From positions 1 through 33,853 of the IMG/VR virus record IMGVR_UViG_3300006105_000061: a stretch of 33,853 nt of DNA, one strand, 5' to 3'. Made by a program: the position numbers and the translations under genes. Positions 27,192 to 33,853 of this stretch are shown here, one piece after another. Source of the DNA: a virus (lineage: Duplodnaviria; Caudoviricetes). The notes under the pieces are model-generated. The model saw nothing but the letters and a program-made list of their open reading frames with translations, ran no database searches and was not told the DNA's origin. Every line of letters begins with the position of its first letter. Position 1 is the stretch's first letter.

Positions 27192-28355
27192 TTAATCCTT
27201 AATCATCCAAGTATCATAATTAAAATCATCTTCTCTTGGTCCGCCTACCACTGCATATCCATTAGCGGTATATGTATGACTGCCGTCAACGATCAAATTA
27301 AACAAAGGGGTATCATTTGCATAGGTTAATTTTTCTGCAGTGACTAATCTTTTACCACCATTTACTGTTTGTAATTCTATACCTAATTCTAATTTATTAA
27401 GTCTATCCAACTCAAATCCTAAATTAAAATATTCAATTTCTTTGCCTGTTTGGTCTAAAACAGGTAACCATTTATTCCAAGATTTTTTCTGTCTTTCAGG
27501 ATTAAAACTATAAAACTTTTTATCAGAAGAAACATGCATATGGTCTTCAGTTGTTAAATGTTCATCATTTACCATATACATGTATCTATTACCAATAAAT
27601 GTATGACGCAATAGCAAAACAGTGTTTATTTCACCAAATGCACCCATAACCCTGTCACCAACTTTTATTTGTTCAATTGATTTATAAGTTCTATCATACA
27701 TCATAACAGGAGTACCAGCAACAAAACAAGTAGACGGTTCTGAACTTGGTGCAGGATCACCAACTTGAACTGATACCGTACCAACTCCACCCCAACTAAC
27801 CGTTCCAGTAACAACACCGTTTACAGATGTAACAGTCTGTCCTTGAATGCCATAGGCACCACCTACATAACTGATACTTTCTACTGTTTCTCGTCCTCCG
27901 CTGCCACTTGTAGCTGTATCTAATGGTGGAGGAGGAACAGGAATAGAGCCAGAGCCACCACCAGCACCACCCCCAGTAATGACACCCAATGCACTGCTAT
28001 CACCACCTTTGCCACCACCACCGCCATTACCACTGCCACCGCCGCCACCTGCGCCCCATATCTCTATGGTAATACTATTGCGATATAGCGGAACAGAAAA
28101 ACTACCACTGACATTTGCAAAATATGCGCCGCCGCTAGCAGGGTCAGTTGCACGTTTTCCATAAAAATCACTTATTTTTATTGAGTTTACACCGCTGCTG
28201 AAATAACCAAAAGTAAGATTTCCATCATAATACCATTTAACACCGTGATATTGCGTGAGGTCTGCACCCAACCCCCACTCTGCATTTATAGATGCTAAAT
28301 CAAGAGGACCGCTAAAAGGTAGTGCATTGCCTGCGACGCCTGCTACAGATGGCAT
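27192..28355 (-). CDS. N-terminal half of a split poly-Gly adhesin fused to a C-terminal Hint domain
   Basis: Residues 1-137 paralogous to 25983..26837; Hint starts at Cys210 (CFVAGT, codon 27726-27728), block B TEDH, block F FNLIVDGSHTYTANG; no terminal His-Asn. Confidence 0.8.
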   Translation of the reverse strand: MPSVAGVAGNALPFSGPLDLASINAEWGLGADLTQYHGVKWYYDGNLTFGYFSSGVNSIKISDFYGKRATDPASGGAYFANVSGSFSVPLYRNSITIEIWGAGGGGGSGNGGGGGKGGDSSALGVITGGGAGGGSGSIPVPPPPLDTATSGSGGRETVESISYVGGAYGIQGQTVTSVNGVVTGTVSWGGVGTVSVQVGDPAPSSEPSTCFVAGTPVMMYDRTYKSIEQIKVGDRVMGAFGEINTVLLLRHTFIGNRYMYMVNDEHLTTEDHMHVSSDKKFYSFNPERQKKSWNKWLPVLDQTGKEIEYFNLGFELDRLNKLELGIELQTVNGGKRLVTAEKLTYANDTPLFNLIVDGSHTYTANGYAVVGGPREDDFNYDTWMIKD

Positions 28356-28357
28356 TG

Positions 28358-30211
28358 TTAACTACCTCTTGCTTTTAATGCCTCAACCTCTGCACTAAGT
28401 TCTTTGATTGCTTCAATTAGCAGCGGTATAATCTTGTCATATTGCACTGTTAAATAATGCTCACCACTCTTACTACTGCCATCTGGCGCAATATCAAACG
28501 GTGCTTGTCGCACTACTTGTGGAAGAACACTTTGAACTTCCTGTGCTAACACACCAGCATGTTCGCTACTATCACCAATACCAAATTGAGTAGCAATATC
28601 ATTCCAATTATATATAACACCACTAATTTGCTTGACCTTATCCAAAGCCTGTGGTATAGTAGCAATATTAGTTTTTAATCTTGCATCAGATGCAAATGCC
28701 GTGATATCACCAGTTGCGGTAATACCACCAGTAACTGCTAAGTTTGCACCATTAAATGTTATACTTGAATTACCAGTAATATAACTTGCGTTTGAATAGA
28801 TACCTACTTGACCAGCACTTGCAGTAGCACCAACTGGAATAAAAATAGTTTGCCAACTTAGATTACCATTGCCATCTGTTTGTAACCATTGACTCGCCGT
28901 TCCACCACTTATTTGCACATTTCCAACAGTACCAAGGCTTAATTTATAAGAACTAGTTGGGTTAAATGTTACGCTACCACCAGTAAAACCAGCAGCACCA
29001 CTTACTTGCAATCCAGTTAATGTACCAATACTTGTAATTGCATTTTGTGCTGCAGTTGTAATGGTTCCTGTTAGATAAGCACCGCTGTTACCAATAGTTC
29101 CAGCATTTACATAACTTGCATAAACATTACCGCCAACTGCACTTAGATTAGCAACTGTGACATTTCCACTAAATGTATTTTGTGATCCACCAGTATTAAT
29201 GTTACCACCAATACCAATACCACCTACTACTTGCATCGCACCACTTGTTGTATTATAACTTGCAGCAACGCCACTGATAAGTGCATTTTCATTACTTGTT
29301 ACAACGTCAAGGTTACCAGCAACAATTAAGTTTCCATATACTTTAACATCCGCATTGGCAAGTACGTCTATTGCATTTACTGTGCCACCACTACTATTAC
29401 GAGTTACTAATCTGATTGGACCATTATTTGTAATGTTTTCAATTAAAAATTGATTACTGTAGATATCTAACTGACCAGTTGCACTACCAGTTCCTACTAG
29501 TAGACCGCTGTTATTTGTAATCTGTAGCGTACCAGCAGTACTTGTATTCTGGTCTGCTCGCATAAAGTTAGCGGCAGTAACGCTGCCAAGAGCATCAGCA
29601 TTAGTAGCAGTTCCCACAAAACGGTTGTTAGAAACGAAAGCAGTACTTGCGATATTTAAACCAGGATAGATGCCAGGTGATGTAAAACCACTGATACCTG
29701 GACTTGGTGTAAAAAATTGGTCTTTACTTAAAATAGCATAGCGAGTATTACTGATTTTAAAAGAAATAACATTATGACTTCCAGCACCAGTATCGGTAAG
29801 AACTTCACTTGCAACCTGACCAGCGCCGCCTATTGGTCCAATGATAACCCATGCAGTGCCATTATAACAGTTAAGTTGTTGGTTTACGGTATCAAACCAT
29901 AGATCACCCAAAACAGGATTAAGTGGTTGATTATTACTTGCAGTTGCTGCGTTGATATTTTTGAACACACTGCCAGTATATACTTTCAGAACCGCATGTG
30001 TGCTATCATACCAAATTTGTCCAGTGATTGGACTAACTGGCTGTGAACTATTTGCATAGTTTTCAAGCATATTAAGGAAATTTTGATCTAGGTACTGACC
30101 ATAGTTTGGTGTATTTTTTCCAACAAGCGTAATGCTTGTGCTGTTATTAATGGTACCATCCGCAATAACAATAGCATTTGCACCGTTTGCATGGGTAATC
30201 GTATAACTCAT
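28358..30211 (-). CDS. Tail fibre with C-terminal Peptidase S74 intramolecular chaperone
   Basis: SDARLKTNI...GVLAQEV...P..V...YDKIIPLLIEAIKEL (28358-28690); N-terminal LVGKN..NYG...NFL.MLEN.A...P..P..GQIWYD anchor. Confidence 0.85.
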   Translation of the reverse strand: MSYTITHANGANAIVIADGTINNSTSITLVGKNTPNYGQYLDQNFLNMLENYANSSQPVSPITGQIWYDSTHAVLKVYTGSVFKNINAATASNNQPLNPVLGDLWFDTVNQQLNCYNGTAWVIIGPIGGAGQVASEVLTDTGAGSHNVISFKISNTRYAILSKDQFFTPSPGISGFTSPGIYPGLNIASTAFVSNNRFVGTATNADALGSVTAANFMRADQNTSTAGTLQITNNSGLLVGTGSATGQLDIYSNQFLIENITNNGPIRLVTRNSSGGTVNAIDVLANADVKVYGNLIVAGNLDVVTSNENALISGVAASYNTTSGAMQVVGGIGIGGNINTGGSQNTFSGNVTVANLSAVGGNVYASYVNAGTIGNSGAYLTGTITTAAQNAITSIGTLTGLQVSGAAGFTGGSVTFNPTSSYKLSLGTVGNVQISGGTASQWLQTDGNGNLSWQTIFIPVGATASAGQVGIYSNASYITGNSSITFNGANLAVTGGITATGDITAFASDARLKTNIATIPQALDKVKQISGVIYNWNDIATQFGIGDSSEHAGVLAQEVQSVLPQVVRQAPFDIAPDGSSKSGEHYLTVQYDKIIPLLIEAIKELSAEVEALKARGS

Positions 30212-30231
30212 AGATAAATCTCCGTTAATGA

Positions 30232-30239
30232 TATTTATA
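30232..30239 (-). promoter_or_regulatory. Full T4-type late promoter TATAAATA
   Basis: Intergenic, followed by GGAG RBS and the ATG at 30211. Confidence 0.65.
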
Positions 30240-30257
30240 CAGTTATATGGTTAGACA

Positions 30258-32009
30258 TCAAACAGTGATATAAGTGGCGCTTACTTTAATATTATTAGTA
30301 CTGCCAGTAGTTGCCCACAGTGAAACATTAGAGTTATAGATGTTTGCACTTAATGTAAACAACTGTGTGCTTGTAGAAACAACGCCATATGTAGTAACAA
30401 CAACATTTGTACCATCGTGGACAACCAATGCTTCACTGCTTTGAAAATAATTATTGCCATAGTTGGCGCAACTTACAATATACTTTGCTGTTCGGTAAAG
30501 TGTTGGACTAAATGCGTCAATTTGAGCAGTTGTAGAGTTTACTGAAATATTTGGAGAGGAAACAACAACGGGAACACTTTGTATTATTTTTGTGCTGTCA
30601 ACTGTCATAGTTGTCAACCCATCATTGACAAACTTTGCAGTTGCAAGGTTTCCAACAGTAGTCATTGCAAGTGAAGCATTGCCATTAGTTATTGAACCAA
30701 TGGTTGTGCTTGGAACATATTGACGAACTTCTATAATATCAGTTGATACAGGTGCTTCATTAAGTGTTAGTACGTTTCCACTAACTGTATAACTTGTAGT
30801 TGGCAATTGAATTACACCGTTGATTGAAACTAATGTTCCACTTGTTGTGTTATTTTGACTTAAGTTAAAAGTAGTTGTGCTGTTATCACCTGTAAACACA
30901 TCACTTACTACATTTACTGTACCACCTTCAATACCAACTGCTTCCCATTTTATGCCAGTATAAACTTCAAGATAACCTAAATCACTGTTCCAACGTAACA
31001 TACCAACACGATTTATTGGAGGATAACTTGAATTAGTTCCAACTGGAACTTGAAATGCAGTATTTGTGTTTACACTAACATAACCATTTGCACCAGGCGT
31101 AATGAATATGTTTGCATTAGCACTTGAAGCACTAATGCTAGATGTATAAATGTTAGCATTTACGTTATAAGCACTGATATTTCCACCGTATAATGGCAAA
31201 TAACTAGCCACATTAGCATTACTATAACTACTAACACCACTAAGTTGACTGCCATCACCATAAAATCTATATGCTGTAACATTTCCAGAAGTATTCAAAT
31301 TTCCAGTTGTAATGTTGCCATTTACGGTTAGGTTGTTGTTTATTGTGACATTTGCGTTTGCCTGAATATTTGTATTTGCATAAACATTGCTGTTAAATGT
31401 TACTGTATTACCAAAGGTAACAGTGTTACTATATGCAGTCTGTAACGCAATATTTGCTAAACCAGTTGCACCTGTGTATCTTGCGCCGCTTACAAATATA
31501 CTTTTACCAGTAAATGATACTGCTACCCCGTTAGCATAATATGGTAGATTTGTATCTGGAAAGTTTAGAACACCGCTGCTGTAGTCAAAGTACCAACTGT
31601 CATTATTGCCGCTGCCGTCAGCAGACATCTGATAACCAACGGTTTGTGGGTTAGAAGTTGCACTCTCAACTACATATACTTTTACCTGATAGGTAGAACC
31701 AAAACTTGGATCAATCCAGTTTGTTAAACCTGTTAGCCAAGTACGGTTTGCTGTTGAAGTACCATCAACTGTTGTCTTAACAGTATCACTTAGCGCATCA
31801 CTATAAATTGTAATGACACTGCTATTTGCGCTAGGTATAACTGTAGGTATAGAATTACTTTGTTGCCAAACATAATCGCCACGAGTAATAAGTGGACTTG
31901 CAATACTTTCGTTTGCAGGACTTTTTGCAGTAGCCGTATCTGTTTTGGCTAGAGTATAACCAACTTTCTTAAAGAGATAGTCTACTTTCTGTGTATCTGA
32001 AATAGCCAT
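30258..32009 (-). CDS. Virion structural/fibre protein, 583 aa
   Basis: C-terminal about 250 aa paralogous to 19145..25021 (GM.R.N, FTGD.STTTF.L, ID.F....YR.AKY). Confidence 0.7.
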   Translation of the reverse strand: MAISDTQKVDYLFKKVGYTLAKTDTATAKSPANESIASPLITRGDYVWQQSNSIPTVIPSANSSVITIYSDALSDTVKTTVDGTSTANRTWLTGLTNWIDPSFGSTYQVKVYVVESATSNPQTVGYQMSADGSGNNDSWYFDYSSGVLNFPDTNLPYYANGVAVSFTGKSIFVSGARYTGATGLANIALQTAYSNTVTFGNTVTFNSNVYANTNIQANANVTINNNLTVNGNITTGNLNTSGNVTAYRFYGDGSQLSGVSSYSNANVASYLPLYGGNISAYNVNANIYTSSISASSANANIFITPGANGYVSVNTNTAFQVPVGTNSSYPPINRVGMLRWNSDLGYLEVYTGIKWEAVGIEGGTVNVVSDVFTGDNSTTTFNLSQNNTTSGTLVSINGVIQLPTTSYTVSGNVLTLNEAPVSTDIIEVRQYVPSTTIGSITNGNASLAMTTVGNLATAKFVNDGLTTMTVDSTKIIQSVPVVVSSPNISVNSTTAQIDAFSPTLYRTAKYIVSCANYGNNYFQSSEALVVHDGTNVVVTTYGVVSTSTQLFTLSANIYNSNVSLWATTGSTNNIKVSATYITV

Positions 32010-33853
32010 TAGTGTGACGCTGCTCCTATGCTAAGAGCAGTCACGCTTTGACCACTTGTTAATTTAATACGAACATAAATTTCATTGCCAGTACTATTTG
32101 TAGATGTTTCTGTACCAAATGTAGCAGTTACTGCCTTATTTGATACTGCACTATTAAGCGTTGCAGTGCCACCTGTACTTGCGCCATTGCTTCCATTACC
32201 ACCAGCACCTGTATTTGCGCCAGGTTTACCAGCACCACCATAGGCAGAACTTAAATCTAACCAACCGTTTAGGGTACTTGTGCTATCTAGCGTTGAACCA
32301 GGTAGAGCAACCCAAAGACCTGCAATAGTTCCACTATACACAATGTCAAATTTACTTAATGCAGACTTAGCAAACTTAAATGTAAAGTATTGACTTGCTC
32401 CTTGTCCACTTAAGTTAGGACCAACTGGTTGATAACCTGTACTATAATTTGTCTGGTCAAACTTAAGAACAGCAGCAACGACTGTTGCATCATATGTATA
32501 AAATGGTCCAGTTTGACTATTAAATGCCGCCTCACTACCAGTATAAACAGGTGTATCAGTAGCACCAGGATTTGAAATACGAAATGTGCTTGGTGTGCCT
32601 GTGATTGAGTTTGTTAAACTTGTTTCTTCAATTTGCGTAGTAGTGCCAGTTTTATAAAGAACTGTTACACCAGGTGTAAATGATTGTGCAGCCGTACTAT
32701 AACTGTTGAATACAGTCATGCTTGGTCCGCCACTGCTGCTGCCAAATCCAGTAACACCTGCCGCAGTTGTAGTGAAGTATGCACTTCCACTACTAACATA
32801 AGAGTTACGTACAAGTGGTGTTGTAACACCCGCTTGTGTATAAGTTACGCTGCTTGGTGTAGAGATTGCTCCACCCGCAGCACCAGTTATAAATGTATCA
32901 CTTGTATAGTATGTATCACCACTAAGTTTAGCAACGTTTCCAACCAAACGCCACACCGAACTACTGTTAAGATGTGGAACGGTGCTGCTGTATGTTGCGC
33001 TATTGGTTGTTAATGCAAGACTACTATTACTCCATACGGGTGCGCCTGGATTATTGATATCATAGTACCAACTTGCGGCATTGGTGTTTGCACCACCAGT
33101 GTCTGTTAGATATACTTGGTTCCATCCCGCTGCTGCGTTAGAACCACTGCCCTGTGCACTAAAACTACTCCAGAATCCGCTAGCACTGCCACTCAATGGT
33201 CCATAATCTTGGTTTGCGGTAATAATAAGTTGACCATATGTTCCGTTATTATTATTGCCAGGTGACATAACACGATAACCTGTCGCAACACCATTCACGA
33301 TAACCTGAACGTTTCCACTATCACCTGGTCCCTGACGTGAGAAAGTATTAGTAGTCATGGTTGCAGCACGAATACCATTAGAGAAACTTGTGCCACCACT
33401 TATACTAAGATTGCCCCATCCACTGTTGTCAGTTTGCGTAAAGTTACACATACGACCTAGTGTAGATAACCCACTTAAACTTAGTGCGCTGCCGTTTGGA
33501 AAGTTGCCAGGTGAAGGAGGAACAAGTTTACCCAATACTTGATTAAGTTTTGCAATACCATCTGTAACAAACGTTGTAGTTGTTAACGTGACTGCATTAC
33601 TAACCAGTTGTCCACTGGTGTTTGGTCCAAGTTGTATCAGATTACCAAATAGGTCATTGCCAATGGTAGTATCAACATATGCTTTTGTAGCAGCATCATT
33701 TGTATAGATTGGAGTAGCGATATTTCCAATACGTTGATTACTAGCATCAATATTACCACTATAAGAATATAAGAACAAATTACCCGTTGTTGCAGCAACA
33801 GTGTTATTGTTTATGAAAACATTGCCTAGTGTGGTCGTGCCATTTACTGAAAA
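32009..33853 (-). CDS. Virion structural protein, 5'-partial (runs off the window)
   Basis: Frame is open from 33853 through the TTG at 33778; DAATKAYVD fibre motif; S/T/G-rich. Confidence 0.7.
   Translation of the reverse strand, partial: FSVNGTTTLGNVFINNNTVAATTGNLFLYSYSGNIDASNQRIGNIATPIYTNDAATKAYVDTTIGNDLFGNLIQLGPNTSGQLVSNAVTLTTTTFVTDGIAKLNQVLGKLVPPSPGNFPNGSALSLSGLSTLGRMCNFTQTDNSGWGNLSISGGTSFSNGIRAATMTTNTFSRQGPGDSGNVQVIVNGVATGYRVMSPGNNNNGTYGQLIITANQDYGPLSGSASGFWSSFSAQGSGSNAAAGWNQVYLTDTGGANTNAASWYYDINNPGAPVWSNSSLALTTNSATYSSTVPHLNSSSVWRLVGNVAKLSGDTYYTSDTFITGAAGGAISTPSSVTYTQAGVTTPLVRNSYVSSGSAYFTTTAAGVTGFGSSSGGPSMTVFNSYSTAAQSFTPGVTVLYKTGTTTQIEETSLTNSITGTPSTFRISNPGATDTPVYTGSEAAFNSQTGPFYTYDATVVAAVLKFDQTNYSTGYQPVGPNLSGQGASQYFTFKFAKSALSKFDIVYSGTIAGLWVALPGSTLDSTSTLNGWLDLSSAYGGAGKPGANTGAGGNGSNGASTGGTATLNSAVSNKAVTATFGTETSTNSTGNEIYVRIKLTSGQSVTALSIGAASH

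Noticed and set aside
27186-27194. Pseudogene or stop-codon readthrough joining the two adhesin halves
   Set aside because: Not favoured: TAA is a poor readthrough codon and an AAGGA RBS with ATG follows at once. The in-frame arrangement means it is not fully excluded
27240-27728. Classical mobile intein with homing endonuclease
   Set aside because: No LAGLIDADG/HNH region and no terminal His-Asn plus nucleophile; the ORF ends shortly after the Hint domain
30212-30260. RBS-sequestering hairpin around the late promoter at 30232 (and at 25980)
   Set aside because: Only short interrupted pairing is visible; not convincing without folding
11213-33542. Many 60-175-aa plus-strand and alternate-frame ORFs (VPVLPIV-type)
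   Set aside because: Antisense or off-frame shadows of repetitive T/G/N-rich fibre genes
33776-33778. TTG start of the last ORF
   Set aside because: The frame stays open to the window edge, so the true start is outside the window
11179-33853. Diversity-generating retroelement or invertible tail-fibre cassette
   Set aside because: No reverse transcriptase or invertase in the window; repeat differences are synonymous rather than adenine-specific; all genes share one orientation

Overview
AT-rich window from a large tailed (T4-like/jumbo myovirus-type) bacteriophage genome, using the standard genetic code. Left part (1-7537): an SGNH-like hydrolase, a DUF4337-like membrane protein, four CCA-encoding tRNAs (Leu-TAG with a short variable arm, the rare Thr-AGT, Ser-TGA, Gly-TCC), several small ORFs absent from the ORF track, and a divergent 7-gene modification cluster (2OG-Fe(II) oxygenase, SSS transporter, CysC-type APS kinase, HxGH nucleotidyltransferase, SAM methyltransferase, two sulfotransferase-like P-loop proteins). 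Middle (7571-11179): gp14-like neck protein, gp15-like tail completion protein, a Nudix hydrolase and a Maf/GT29-like transferase. Right part (11179-33853, all minus strand): a long array of Thr/Gly/Ser/Asn-rich fibre and adhesin genes built from shared repeat modules, with Peptidase G2-like, S74 and Hint autoprocessing domains. T4-like late promoter cores (TAAATA) precede many transcription units, several sitting in the loop of an RBS-sequestering hairpin. Strongest novel candidate: a poly-Gly adhesin split into an N-half fused to a non-splicing Hint domain and a separately encoded C-half that begins Met-Ser, next to an intact paralogue. Second candidate: a probably late-expressed PAPS/sulfotransfer/glycosylation toolkit that may decorate the virion. 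All family assignments are from motif recognition by eye; no database searches were run.
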